From Planctomycetota bacterium (GTDB taxonomy: Bacteria > Planctomycetota > UBA11346), in contig JBBRLJ010000022.1 of NCBI GenBank assembly GCA_038231435.1, positions 1-64,000 on the forward strand: a stretch of DNA of 64,000 nt, read 5' to 3'. The stretch's first letter is position 1. Every line of letters begins with the position of its first letter. Below, piece after piece: positions 28,289 to 38,383 of the stretch. Position numbers and translations under genes: made by a program. The notes beneath the pieces were generated by a model. It saw only the letters and a list, made by a program, of their open reading frames with translations. It did no database searches and was not told the origin of the DNA.

Positions 28289-28418
28289 GACATCTCCTGA
28301 GGCCGAGCATCTTCCGCCACGCTCCCGCCACGCCACCGGATTGTGGAGAAAAGTATGCAATTACTGTCTCGAGGTGATGTTGGCTTTAAACCATGAATTC
28401 ATCTGAGTCATCCGGCTG

Positions 28419-28480
28419 CTTGGGGGGCAGCGCGGAGCGCGATGTTGGGGGCCGTAGTCCCCCAACAAAAAGCCCCCCAA
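28419..28480 (-). repeat. Structured intergenic repeat, copy B (internally deleted)
   Basis: Reverse complement TTGGGGGGCTTTTTGTTGGGGGACTACGGCCCCCAACATCGCGCTCCGCGCTGCCCCCCAAG. Its 3' 33 nt are identical to copy A. Confidence 0.8.
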
Positions 28481-28487
28481 CTGACAG

Positions 28488-29561
28488 TCACCAACGGGCG
28501 ACGAAGGACACCAATTCATCATCCAGCCGGCTGGCGAGGGCGGCGGCGAGCTTCTCGAGCAGCCGCTGCCGCGCCGTCGCCGCATCGAGCCCGCTCGCGC
28601 GCGCGTCGAGCGTGACTTCGGCCAGGGTCCGTCCGTCGTCCGCCGACCGCAGCGCGGCGGTGAGCGCTCCGTCGGCGCGGTATTCGGAACCGATGCGGCC
28701 GACCGTGGAAGTCGACGATACCTCCAACCGCAGCTGGGGGGCCGAGTCCTCTACCAGCAGCCCCTGCCTGGCGCAGGCATCCCGGGCAAGCGGGGCGAGC
28801 GCCACCGCGGCTTCGGCGGCGACGATGTGGATCCCGAGCGAGCGCAGCTGCCGCGCGAGGTCGGCGCGCACGGTGTCGATATCTACGGGGGTGTGAGGCA
28901 GATCGGCTCCGCCGGCTAGTCGATGGCGGGCCTCGAGCTCCGAGCGCTCGGATGCCAGCGGCGCCAGCTCCTGGTAGTACCGCGCCAGTGCGGCGACAGG
29001 CCGGACTTCGGTCGCCTTGCCGGCATCGTGCGCAGCGCTGGCTTGGGCGAGTCGTGCGTCGAGCGCGTCGATGTGAGCGCGCAGCTGTGCGGCCCAGGCG
29101 GAGCGGTCCATGGCGACCAGGGCATACGTGCGATCATCGCTGTCGTAGGTCTCGCGCACCATCACGCCCGGAAGCTGCCGTTGGGCGACACGCGTGCGCG
29201 CGAGCGAGCGGACATCGCGGTCGTAGTGTTCGGTATGGTGACCCGATGAATCGCTGGTCACCGCCGACGCCTCTCGCTGGGCGTGTTCGGCCTCGACGCT
29301 GACCTCGATCTCGCTCGCGAGCTCCTCGCGCGCTGCAGCCACGGCGCGCTGGCGGTCGCCGGCTGGAGCGGAACCAACCGCGTACAGCATCCCTGGCTCG
29401 CTCGGCGGCGCCTCGATCCAGGCTGGAGCCGGCCTGCGGTCCGGGGCGGGCTGGGGTCGCGCGGCCACACTGCGATTGCCGGATGCGCAACCAGCGGCGA
29501 GCGCGATGGCCGCGATCGCACCTACGACTAATGCGACCGTCATGTCCGAGGCTCGCATCAT
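28488..29561 (-). CDS. LPP20-family lipoprotein with coiled-coil C-terminal extension
   Basis: Lipobox AAG-C, PAWI..PP...G.LYAVGSA....A...AR.ELA..I.V.V, TYALVAMDR. ATGA overlap with the manA stop. Confidence 0.8.
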   Translation of the reverse strand: MMRASDMTVALVVGAIAAIALAAGCASGNRSVAARPQPAPDRRPAPAWIEAPPSEPGMLYAVGSAPAGDRQRAVAAAREELASEIEVSVEAEHAQREASAVTSDSSGHHTEHYDRDVRSLARTRVAQRQLPGVMVRETYDSDDRTYALVAMDRSAWAAQLRAHIDALDARLAQASAAHDAGKATEVRPVAALARYYQELAPLASERSELEARHRLAGGADLPHTPVDIDTVRADLARQLRSLGIHIVAAEAAVALAPLARDACARQGLLVEDSAPQLRLEVSSTSTVGRIGSEYRADGALTAALRSADDGRTLAEVTLDARASGLDAATARQRLLEKLAAALASRLDDELVSFVARW

Positions 29562-30532
29562 GTGGGCTGCGTCACCAGCAGGCGCAAGCCCGACAGCGGG
29601 GCAGCGGTGGCGGTCCATGGGCCGGCCTCCGCCGGGACCAGCCAGGTACTCATCGGCGCCAGCGCGATCTCCCCAGCGGCGGTGCCGAGAGTCCCCGTGC
29701 CGCCGAGACAGACCACGATCGAACACGAGCCGTTGCCGCCGCCGCTGGTACGCTGCGCGCGCCGCTCCTCGACGGTGAAGTACTGGCAGTCGGCGAGCCT
29801 GCGCACGCTGCCTCCAGCGGGATGCTCGACCGCCGGGGCGCGCACCGGTCCGGTGGTGCGCGCCGAATAATCGATGGTCGCCAGCGACTCGGCGACGTGC
29901 AGGGGGCGGGGCTTGCCATCGAGCCCGACGCGCCCCCAATCGTCGACGCGGAAGGTCACGTCGCAGGTCTGCTGCACCTCGTAGAGCAGGCAACCGGTGC
30001 CGAGGGCGTGGACGGTTCGCGCAGACAAAAAGAAGAAGTCGCCATCGGCGGCGTCGTAGCGGTTGAGCTCCGACGCGACGCGGCCTTCGCGCAGGGCGTG
30101 CTCGAACGAGGCGCGCGAGACGCCAGGGCGCGTGCCGACGTAGAGTTCGCCGCCGTCCGCGATCATCAGCCAGCATTCGGTCTTGCCGCGTTGGCCGACG
30201 CCGAGGGATCTCGCCAATTCGTCGTCGGGATGGACCTGCACCGACAGCCGGTCGTTGGCGTCGATAAGCTTCACCAGCAGCGGGAAATCACCGCCGTCCC
30301 AGGATCCGCCGATGAGCGACTTCCCGAAGCGCGCGGTGAGCTCGCGCAGGGTGGTTCCGGCGAGTATTCCGCCCGCCACCGCGCTCATGCCGCGCGGATG
30401 GTCGCTCAGGTCCCAGCTCTCGCCGATCGGACCGGCGGGAAGGTCAGATCGCCATGCGGACATGCGGCGGCCACCCCACATCACCGATTGGTAGACAGGG
30501 GTGAATGACAGGGGCAGGGACAACTCGCGCAT
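29558..30532 (-). CDS. manA: Mannose-6-phosphate isomerase, class I (YvyI/GmuF type)
   Basis: WGG, GPIGESW..S.HP.G.S, FPLLVKLIDA..RLSVQVHPDD, GKTECW, VHALG.G...YEVQQ..D.TFR..DW.R. Confidence 0.93.
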   Translation of the reverse strand: MRELSLPLSFTPVYQSVMWGGRRMSAWRSDLPAGPIGESWDLSDHPRGMSAVAGGILAGTTLRELTARFGKSLIGGSWDGGDFPLLVKLIDANDRLSVQVHPDDELARSLGVGQRGKTECWLMIADGGELYVGTRPGVSRASFEHALREGRVASELNRYDAADGDFFFLSARTVHALGTGCLLYEVQQTCDVTFRVDDWGRVGLDGKPRPLHVAESLATIDYSARTTGPVRAPAVEHPAGGSVRRLADCQYFTVEERRAQRTSGGGNGSCSIVVCLGGTGTLGTAAGEIALAPMSTWLVPAEAGPWTATAAPLSGLRLLVTQPT

Positions 30533-30602
30533 CGCCAGAGTGTGGGCGGTGGACCTGGCGCTCAAGGCGCCGGATCCGATGCCTCGACCCGCCCGCGCCC
30601 GC

Positions 30603-32225
30603 TCAGCCGGAGGGTGGTGGTTCCGTCGGGGCTGGGGGCGATGGCGAGATAGAGGGGGTCTCGGCGATGGGGGACGGAATCGGCTGCTTCGCAGACTTCT
30701 CGACCAGCACGTTGCGCGTCCGGCGCAGCTTCTTGATCTGCACCTGGACGTTCTCGGCGGCGACCTTCTCGCGCCGCGACAGGCGCCAGAACATCACCAC
30801 CATCACGATGATGATCGCGACGGCGGTCTTCTCGACGAGGGAGAAATCGTACATCTTGGGAGGCGGCAGCAGCTGGTAGGCGTTTCCGACCAGGAAGTAG
30901 GTGTACACCTTGTCGCTCTGGCGCTGCAGGCTGTGGGCGCGATCACGGGCGTCGTTGCTCTTCACCGGGATGGCGTGGAACTTGAGGAAACGCCCGGTCA
31001 CCTGGATCGCCTCGCCCTGCTCCGGCAGCGGCTGATCGCCGCTGATCGAGGCCTCGAACAGACGCTGGACGAACTTGTTGCGCTTCTGCTCGACGCCATC
31101 GATGGTCTCGGTGATCGGACCGTAGTCGCGCTTGTAGAAGAGCACGCGGATGGCGCGCGATACCGCAAACGGCTTGTCCTGCGCCACCTCGGCGTCCTCC
31201 CAGGCGCGGTAGACCACGCCGCGCACGGTCATGGGTTTGTCGCGGAACGAGTCCGGATCCTGGTGCACGTCGTCGGCGATGGTGTTGAGATCGAGGGCCT
31301 TGTCGTAGACGCCGCCGGTGCTCAGGTCGAGCTTCACCTGCCCGAGCAGATAATAGTACGGCCTGGTCTCGACCATGGTGCGCTCGTCGCTCACCTCGTC
31401 GAAGAGATGTTCGGGTAGCGCGGCGGGGCCGCCGTGACTCCACTCGGCGCCGGTGTCGGGCGCCTCGGCCGCTTCCACCGGGCGCACCACGCGGGCCATC
31501 AGCAGCGGCACCGTGGACTTGGTGCCATCGACGGCGGGAAGATGGTCGTAGCCGAGGAAGCGCCCGACCAGCTGCACGTCGTGGCCCACCACCAGCTGCG
31601 CGGAGTCGGCCGGAGCCAGTACCTCGGCGAACTGATGTTCATCCAATGCCAGGAGCAGCCGCCGATAGCGCTCGTCCGAACCGTCGATGGGCGCTTCGAT
31701 GCTGTCCTCGAGACGCCCCGAAACCAGCGCGGGTACCCCGGCGTGCACGTCGTTGAGCACCATGTCGCGCGCGATCAGCCGCTGCGGTACGGGTGGATTC
31801 TGCGCATCGAGCTCGAGTTGGGCCCGCGCCCATGCCAAGGTCAATGCATCGAGTTCGCCGATGTGCAGGTAGACTCCGCGCGGATTCGCCAGCAATTGGT
31901 CGGCGCCTTCCTTCTGCGCTTCGAGTGCGCTCGAGCTGGGCAGCGCCTGCGCGTCGGCGAGCACCGGCTGAGCCATCGGCGCGAGTCGTAGGTCGGTTTC
32001 GATCATCGCCGAATTCTTGATCGCGCTCAGGTCGTCGCGCATCTTCATCAGGAAATGGATGAACAGCCCGACCGCCACGATCGCGACCGGCAGCATGATC
32101 GCCGCGCGCCACTCGCGCTTGCGCATGTGCGTACGCCGTACCTGGTCGCGCTTGTCCAGGCTGAACGGCGGAGGGGGACCCTTCGGTTTTGCGCCGAAAT
32201 CGAGCATCGTGTGTCCAAAGTACAT
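30603..32225 (-). CDS. Hypothetical membrane protein (N- and C-terminal TM, two OB-fold-like periplasmic repeats)
   Basis: TM at each end and repeated 'G.....V.G.V/L ... G..V.L.GRF' motifs. Strong codon bias. Confidence 0.65.
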   Translation of the reverse strand: MYFGHTMLDFGAKPKGPPPPFSLDKRDQVRRTHMRKREWRAAIMLPVAIVAVGLFIHFLMKMRDDLSAIKNSAMIETDLRLAPMAQPVLADAQALPSSSALEAQKEGADQLLANPRGVYLHIGELDALTLAWARAQLELDAQNPPVPQRLIARDMVLNDVHAGVPALVSGRLEDSIEAPIDGSDERYRRLLLALDEHQFAEVLAPADSAQLVVGHDVQLVGRFLGYDHLPAVDGTKSTVPLLMARVVRPVEAAEAPDTGAEWSHGGPAALPEHLFDEVSDERTMVETRPYYYLLGQVKLDLSTGGVYDKALDLNTIADDVHQDPDSFRDKPMTVRGVVYRAWEDAEVAQDKPFAVSRAIRVLFYKRDYGPITETIDGVEQKRNKFVQRLFEASISGDQPLPEQGEAIQVTGRFLKFHAIPVKSNDARDRAHSLQRQSDKVYTYFLVGNAYQLLPPPKMYDFSLVEKTAVAIIIVMVVMFWRLSRREKVAAENVQVQIKKLRRTRNVLVEKSAKQPIPSPIAETPSISPSPPAPTEPPPSG

Positions 32226-32359
32226 GGTGCCGCCTCCGATCCCACAGGCCAGTCCCGCCTCCCGATGACTACGAAGGGATAAACTCCCGTCCCAGCCCAG
32301 GGTTCAGCGGCGTCACGACGGACCAGGGACCTTGGCGCCGCTCCCGCGGCGTATGAGGC

Positions 32360-34696
32360 CTATTTCCAACGGACTCCGGCGATGGCGGACGGTCCGATCA
32401 GCCACGGCTGTCCGTCTGGCGCGACCGCCATGCCGGTGACCTTGCGCATGCCGAAGTCGGCGAATTTGTGCGCGCTGATCGCCACCGCGCTGTTGCCGCG
32501 GAAATCGACCGACTGGAGATCGCCGCGCGAGCTGTCGGCAAGATAGAGTAGGCCCAAGCGATCGCAGCCGAGGCCAACGAGCTCGCGGATCTGACCCGCG
32601 CCATCGCCCTTGCCGCCGGTATTGGTGACGTGGGTCGCGGTGTTCAGCTTGAAGTCGGTGGCGAATTTCTTGATCTCGTAGCGGTACGCGTCGTATACGA
32701 ACACCGCATCGCCCGCGGGGCTGGCGGCGATGAGCTTGGGCTCCTTCAGGTCGGCGGCGTTCTTGCCGTTGGTGCCGAATGCGAACAGGAACGAGCCCTT
32801 GTCGTCGAACACCGAGACCCGGTACAGGCCTTGGTCGAGCACGTATGTCCGTCCGGCTTCATCGACTGACAGCGCGATCGGGTCGTCGAACTGGCCGTTG
32901 TTCTTTCCGGGCTGGCCGAACACCAGAGGCGCTTCCTTGGGATTGCCTGGGCGCAGGCGCACCACCGCCATCTTCTTGGCATCGAGCACGGCCACCGTCT
33001 GGCCATCGGGGCTGGCACAGAGTGCGATCGGATTGGCGAACGGCCCGCCCTTCTTCACCAGGCCGCCGAGCCGCGCGGTGCGCCAGCCCTCTGCATCGTG
33101 GACATAGAGGCTGCCGTCGTCCGCGTCGAGCGCGTAGACGCGCCCGTTGCCGTCGCAACTCCATAACGCCGGTTCGCGTAGGCTCGCACCGCGCACGCCG
33201 GTGACCGCTCCCTGCGCCGAATACCGTGCCACTAATCCGCTGTCCGGATACGTGACGAAGATCTCGCCGCTGGCATCGACGGTCAGGGCGGCCGCCTTGC
33301 CCGGATCCCCGCACAGGCGGGCCTCGGTGAGCGGATTCATCGCCTCGCGCGCGAGGCCCTTCGCGTCGTAGATCTGGATCTGACCATTAGTCAGCAGCAG
33401 CAGGACACCGCGTGGGTGGACGGCGATGTCGACCGGTTGGAGGTTCGGATCGCCCGTGACCGGCCAGCTCGCGAGGCGGCGCTGGAAGCGGTCGAAGCGC
33501 TGGATGCGGCGCTTCGCCGAATCCAGCGCGAACAGCTCGCCACCGGGCCCGAGGGCGATGCGCGACAGCTCCTTGAAATCCTCGTCGCCATCGCCCGCGC
33601 GGCCGATGCGGCCGCGGAAGCGGCCGTCGGCCTCGTACACCTGCACGCCGCCGGCGCCCTGATCCGCGATGAACAGCGTTCCATCTCCAGCGATAACCAG
33701 ATCGCTGGGCTTGTCGCAGCGTCCGATGGCCCGCTTCTGTCCGCCATCGGCGCCGAACACCAGCACCGAGCTGGTCTTGGAGTCGAGGATGAAGAGCTCC
33801 TTGCGCCAAGCTGCCACCGCGACTGCGCCGCGCGGTTCGGCGCTGGCGGCGAACGAGAAGCTCGCCCACGCCGTCCAGCCCGAGGAGATGCGCGTCAGCT
33901 TGGCGTCGCTCTCGGTCAGGCCCCACCAGGTGCCATCGGCGTCGCGCTCGACGCGCGCGAGCGGGCGCTCGGCATCCTCGCCCCAGTGCGCGAACCACGC
34001 GAGATCGCGCTTGCGCACGTCCTCGAGGGCGACGGACTCGAGCGGAGCCTGGAAGGTGGTCTCGTGGCCGCCCGCATCGCGTGCGATGGCGGAGATGGTC
34101 GCGGAGCCGACGGTTCCAGGAGCCGTCCAGAGGATCTCGGGAGCGGTGGTGGTGCGCGCGTCCAGTCGCCCGGCGGCACCGTCGCTTCCGGAGAGCGACC
34201 ATTGGTACGACACCGCGTCGCCGTCGGGATCGGCGATTGGCAGTTTCACCAGCACGGTCGAGCCGGTCGCCGCCGAGGTCTTGGGCGCGGCGCCAGCCAT
34301 CGCGGGCGCCGCGTTGGGCGCGGCTTCCTCGGACATCGGCACGGCGTCGAGTCCGGCTACGATGCCTTCAGGCGCGGCGGGCCAGAGGATGCGCGCCTGC
34401 GGGCGCAGGTCGTCGCCGCCGGTCAGCTGCGCCTTGGCCAGCAGCTTGCGGTTCTCGATGATCACTTCCTTGGTGAGCGGATGCTTCTCGACGCTGCCCG
34501 GCCCATAGATGGCCACCATCGAACCGGGAAGCAGGTGAGCCGAGGCATCGAAGCGCAGCACCAGCTGCTGGCCGTCGACGCTCTCGACCATTCCGAGCGG
34601 CCGTTCAGCCGCCGCGCAGTCGACCCCGTCCGTCCCGACAGTGGCGAGGATGCCGATGCAGGCGGCGAGTCTGACGGCGGATGGACGTGGGCGCAT
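32360..34696 (-). CDS. Exported NHL-repeat beta-propeller protein with N-terminal FlgT_C-like and Ig/PKD-like domains
   Basis: Many NHL repeats (GQFDDPIALSVD..G..YVLD....RV.VFD..G), DPDGD.VSYQW Ig linker, N-terminal G.MVAIYG.G....HP.T.EV. Start 34696 or 34747. Confidence 0.8.
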   Translation of the reverse strand: MRPRPSAVRLAACIGILATVGTDGVDCAAAERPLGMVESVDGQQLVLRFDASAHLLPGSMVAIYGPGSVEKHPLTKEVIIENRKLLAKAQLTGGDDLRPQARILWPAAPEGIVAGLDAVPMSEEAAPNAAPAMAGAAPKTSAATGSTVLVKLPIADPDGDAVSYQWSLSGSDGAAGRLDARTTTAPEILWTAPGTVGSATISAIARDAGGHETTFQAPLESVALEDVRKRDLAWFAHWGEDAERPLARVERDADGTWWGLTESDAKLTRISSGWTAWASFSFAASAEPRGAVAVAAWRKELFILDSKTSSVLVFGADGGQKRAIGRCDKPSDLVIAGDGTLFIADQGAGGVQVYEADGRFRGRIGRAGDGDEDFKELSRIALGPGGELFALDSAKRRIQRFDRFQRRLASWPVTGDPNLQPVDIAVHPRGVLLLLTNGQIQIYDAKGLAREAMNPLTEARLCGDPGKAAALTVDASGEIFVTYPDSGLVARYSAQGAVTGVRGASLREPALWSCDGNGRVYALDADDGSLYVHDAEGWRTARLGGLVKKGGPFANPIALCASPDGQTVAVLDAKKMAVVRLRPGNPKEAPLVFGQPGKNNGQFDDPIALSVDEAGRTYVLDQGLYRVSVFDDKGSFLFAFGTNGKNAADLKEPKLIAASPAGDAVFVYDAYRYEIKKFATDFKLNTATHVTNTGGKGDGAGQIRELVGLGCDRLGLLYLADSSRGDLQSVDFRGNSAVAISAHKFADFGMRKVTGMAVAPDGQPWLIGPSAIAGVRWK

Positions 34697-34743
34697 GTGC
34701 TCTCGGCGGAGGTTGGCAGGTGGCTCGAAGAGACTCGCGGCGT

Positions 34744-37371
34744 TCACGGCGATTGGAGATGCGCCGCGACGATGCGCCAGCCCGTGTCGTCACGGTGCAG
34801 GTCGTAGAGATAGACCAGATCGCGGGCGGGAAAGACGGCGAGCGCATGATGGATGCGCACCTTCGCCGTCGCCTTGTCCTCTTGGCGGATGAAGTCGATC
34901 AGCGTGCTGGCGAACTCGAGCCCCTTGTAGGTTCCGAGCTTCACCAGGGCCTGGGCGAAATCCGCATCCGCTACCGACTTGGCGATTGCGCCAGCGTCCT
35001 TCGCTACCACCGAGGCGTCGAGCGCCGAAAGGTCCTTCGCTACCTGCGCGCGCTGGTGGCGATCCTCGAGCCGGCGATCGAGCAGCGCGCGCTCAGGGCG
35101 TTCACCGCCCGCCTTGGCGATGAACGCGGCTACGTCGCGCTCAAGGGTCGACAGATCCTGGCCCTGGTCATCGATGCGGTCGAGCAGGCGCTTGGCCTCG
35201 CCCGAAACCTTTGCCTCGTGCTCTTCGTCCTGACGGCGCTTCTGGTCCTCGGCGAGCCTGGAGGCGACCAGCTGGTTCTCGGCGACCACCAGCGTCGCGC
35301 TGCCGGGCGCGATCGCCCGCAGCTCGGCGAGGCGGGCGTTGGCGGCGTCGAGATCCTTGGCGGTGAGGGCCTGGTCGAAGGCGTTGCGCATCTCCGAGAT
35401 CTTCTGCTTGATCGCATTGACGCGGTTGAGGCCGTCGCTGGCGGGGGCGTTCTTGTGATCGAAGGACTTGGCCGCGGTGAAGGCCAGCAGCGCGCCGTCG
35501 TAATCCTTGCGCTCGAGCGCGTCGTTGGCGTTGGTCAGCTGCTCGCGCACCGCCTTCTCGATGGTCTCGGCGTTCTCGCGCATGGCGCGGGCGCGGCCGA
35601 GCGCGCCGTCGATCCCCTGGTCACCCGGCGTCTGCGCGGCGAGGGGGGTCAGCATGTCCTCGGCCTTGGCGAACTCGCCCGCGGCGAGCAGGTTCTCGGC
35701 TTCCTTCACGGCGCGATCGCGCTGCACGCGCGCGCCTTCGCGTTCCTTGAGCTGCGCCAGGAGCTTGGTCAGTTCTGGCGAGTCGTGCAGCAGCGCCGAT
35801 GCCGCCGCAGCGGAGCCTCCGGCGGTCTCGATGTCCCCGCTCGCGAACGCGTCCTGCGCGGTCTTGAGCAGGATCGCGCCACGGTCAGCATCGATCTCGG
35901 CCGACAGCTTCGTCCAGTCGGCGTCACCGGGATCGGCGCTCAACGCCGCATCGGTGGAGCGCTTCGCCTCGTCGAGCCTGCCGGCCTTCACCAGGGCGCG
36001 CACGTCGTCGATCTTCACCCGGCTGGTGGGCCGGATCACCAGCGGGATGGACGGCGCGGTCGAGGTGACCACCGTCGGGATTCCGGTCGGGGTCACGGCG
36101 GGAGGACTCGCCATCGGCGGCTTTGTCCGGTTCGCGAGGAAGATGGTCGCGACCACCGCGACCGCGAACGCGGCGAGCACGATCCAGGTGCGGCGCAGGC
36201 GGTTCTCTTGCGAGAACGGCGGGCTGCGCATCACCGTGGCGCCCTGGCGCAGGGCCTGGGGATCCTGCAGGGCGATCGCCGGCTGCAGACCCTTTTCGAG
36301 CCGGGCGAGATCGCTCAGCAGCTCGGCGGCGGTCTGGTAGCGATCCTCGACCCGCTTCTGCATGCATTTCAGCACCACCGCCTGGAAATCGTCCGGGATG
36401 GTGGCGTCGATCTCCTTGGGCGGTTTCGGCGAGGCGTGGATGTGCTGGTAGATGATCGAGGTCGCGTCGCCGCCGCTGAACGGCAGCTTGCCGGTCAGCA
36501 GTTCGTAGAAGACCACGCCGAGCGCGTAGATGTCGGTGCGCTGGTCGCAGCGGTCGCCACGTCCCTGCTCGGGGGAGAAGTACGTGACCGTGCCCATGAT
36601 GGTGCCGGACATGGTCAGGCTGTGGTCCTCGCTCGCGAGCTTGACCAGGCCGAAGTCCATCAGCTTCAGCACGCCCTTGCCGGTGATCATCATGTTCGCG
36701 GGCTTGATGTCGCGGTGGACGATGCCGAGCTCGCCAGCGGCGGCGAGGCCGCGCGCGGCCTGGGTGACGAAATTCAGCGTGTCTGCGAAGGTGGGTTTCA
36801 GGCCCGAGCGCAGCCTTCGCGAGAGGTCCTCGCCCTCGACGTACTCCATCGCGAAATAGTGATGGCCTTCGTGCACGCCGGCGCCGTAGACCTGGATGAC
36901 ATTGGGCGAGCTGAGCTTCGCCACCGCCTTGGCCTCGAGCTGGAAGCGGCTGCGGAAGTTCTCGTTGGCGCTCAGGTTCTCGGGCAACACCTTCACCGCG
37001 ACCGGCCGATCGAGGCTGACCTGCAGACCCTTGTACACCGCGCCCATGCCGCCACGGCCGAGCAGCTCGCCGAGCTTGAAATCTCCCCACACCTGGCCGC
37101 GATGGGTGCCATCGGCGGAACCGCCGGGGCCGTCGCCATCGACGTGCAGATGGGTGACGATGGTCTTGCCGGTCTTGGGCGGCCCGGACGCCCCTTGGAC
37201 GAGCGTGGCCTGGGTATCCAGCAGGCCACTCGGAGTCCTGGCTCCTGCCATGGGTTGGGTCGCCCGGGTCGCATCCTGCGCCGACTCGGCGGCCTGCTTG
37301 CCCAGATCGCTCACGATCGTTGGCTGATCGGCGCGGGCCTTGCCATCTTGCGGCTGCTCTGGATCGGTCAT
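34744..37371 (-). CDS. Hanks-type Ser/Thr protein kinase with one TM helix and a periplasmic TPR-like domain
   Basis: GRGGMGAVY, VAVK, HRDIKPAN, DFG, YFSPEQ, DIYALG, then a TM segment, helical repeats and a C-terminal NTF2-like end (GWRIV). Confidence 0.95.
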   Translation of the reverse strand: MTDPEQPQDGKARADQPTIVSDLGKQAAESAQDATRATQPMAGARTPSGLLDTQATLVQGASGPPKTGKTIVTHLHVDGDGPGGSADGTHRGQVWGDFKLGELLGRGGMGAVYKGLQVSLDRPVAVKVLPENLSANENFRSRFQLEAKAVAKLSSPNVIQVYGAGVHEGHHYFAMEYVEGEDLSRRLRSGLKPTFADTLNFVTQAARGLAAAGELGIVHRDIKPANMMITGKGVLKLMDFGLVKLASEDHSLTMSGTIMGTVTYFSPEQGRGDRCDQRTDIYALGVVFYELLTGKLPFSGGDATSIIYQHIHASPKPPKEIDATIPDDFQAVVLKCMQKRVEDRYQTAAELLSDLARLEKGLQPAIALQDPQALRQGATVMRSPPFSQENRLRRTWIVLAAFAVAVVATIFLANRTKPPMASPPAVTPTGIPTVVTSTAPSIPLVIRPTSRVKIDDVRALVKAGRLDEAKRSTDAALSADPGDADWTKLSAEIDADRGAILLKTAQDAFASGDIETAGGSAAAASALLHDSPELTKLLAQLKEREGARVQRDRAVKEAENLLAAGEFAKAEDMLTPLAAQTPGDQGIDGALGRARAMRENAETIEKAVREQLTNANDALERKDYDGALLAFTAAKSFDHKNAPASDGLNRVNAIKQKISEMRNAFDQALTAKDLDAANARLAELRAIAPGSATLVVAENQLVASRLAEDQKRRQDEEHEAKVSGEAKRLLDRIDDQGQDLSTLERDVAAFIAKAGGERPERALLDRRLEDRHQRAQVAKDLSALDASVVAKDAGAIAKSVADADFAQALVKLGTYKGLEFASTLIDFIRQEDKATAKVRIHHALAVFPARDLVYLYDLHRDDTGWRIVAAHLQSP

Positions 37372-37520
37372 CGATGGCGTGCCTGGCGGCTCCGGACGGG
37401 GTAGATCGATCTTGGCCAAGGCGGCACGGGGTCAACCGGGGACGGGCCTGGTAGCGCCGCCGCCCTGCCCAGGGGCCGCCCTGGAATCCGCTGCGCCGGA
37501 GACGTTTAGAGAGAGGAGAA

Positions 37521-37548
37521 TTGACCCGCTGGGTCGCGAGGGTACGGT
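37521..37548 (+). promoter_or_regulatory. Putative sigma-70 promoter
   Basis: TTGACC-N16-TACGGT upstream of the Nth-like gene. Confidence 0.45.
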
Positions 37549-37630
37549 CCCCGGCCCTCAAAGCGCGCGGTTCGGCCGCAGTCGTCCGTCAATAGTACTG
37601 AATCAGTACGCATCGCATCTGGAGACAGCC

Positions 37631-38383
37631 ATGGCCAAGCCCGCCGGTGGAAATCCCTCGCACGCCCCCGACTTGATGAAGGTCTGTGATGCCCTCGAGG
37701 AGCGCTACGGCCGTCGCAAGACGCAGAAGTTCACCGACTTCATCGAGGCGCTGGTGTTCCAGATCCTCGAGTTGGGCGTCCAGGAGGCCGCCGCGAAGGG
37801 CGCCCTCAAGCGCCTGCACGACGAGTACACCGACTGGAATGACATGCGGGTCGCTTCCGTGCGCGAGATCGAGGACGTGCTTGGGCCGAAGTATTATCGC
37901 GTGCGCGAAAAGGCCGAAGACATCAAGCATCTGCTCGCCGATCTCTACACCGCCTTCCGCCGCATGGACATCCACGACCTGCTCAATGCCGATGGCATCG
38001 AGACCCTGCGCGCCCTGCCCGAGACCACCAACATCCGCAAGGACATGGTCGAGCGCTCGCTGCTGCTCGCGCTCGAGGTCAAGGTCTTCCCATGCGACGA
38101 CGACCAGTTCCGCCTGCTCAAATTCCTCGGCGGACTGCCTAAGCAGCTCAATCTGCAGCAGGGCGTGAAGAAGGTCGAGGAATCCCTCGACCAGGAGCAG
38201 ATCCTGCGCCTGTCGCGCGTGCTGCGCGAGCACGTCCACGTCTATCACACCGCCGGCGAGGACGAGCCTCAGCCGATCAATTTCGGCACCAAGCCCGAGC
38301 CCAAGACCAAGCCCGGCACCTCGTCGACGTCCAAGTCGGGCACCTCGTCGACCTCGAAATCTGCCAAGCTCAAGAAGAAATGA
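37631..38383 (+). CDS. Endonuclease III (HhH-GPD)-like protein, apparently non-catalytic
   Basis: E.L...IL....A..A...L...Y.DWN..RVAS..EI and FP.D....R. Lacks the HhH LPG.G.K lysine and the 4Fe-4S cysteines. Confidence 0.7.
   Translation: MAKPAGGNPSHAPDLMKVCDALEERYGRRKTQKFTDFIEALVFQILELGVQEAAAKGALKRLHDEYTDWNDMRVASVREIEDVLGPKYYRVREKAEDIKHLLADLYTAFRRMDIHDLLNADGIETLRALPETTNIRKDMVERSLLLALEVKVFPCDDDQFRLLKFLGGLPKQLNLQQGVKKVEESLDQEQILRLSRVLREHVHVYHTAGEDEPQPINFGTKPEPKTKPGTSSTSKSGTSSTSKSAKLKKK

Noticed and set aside
27531..28480. Possible CRISPR repeats or tRNA
   Set aside because: The copies are dispersed or inverted with no regular spacers and no cas genes. There is no TTCGA T-loop, anticodon arm geometry or CCA end.
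34681..37404. 907-aa plus-strand ORF
   Set aside because: Antisense shadow of the Ser/Thr kinase gene.
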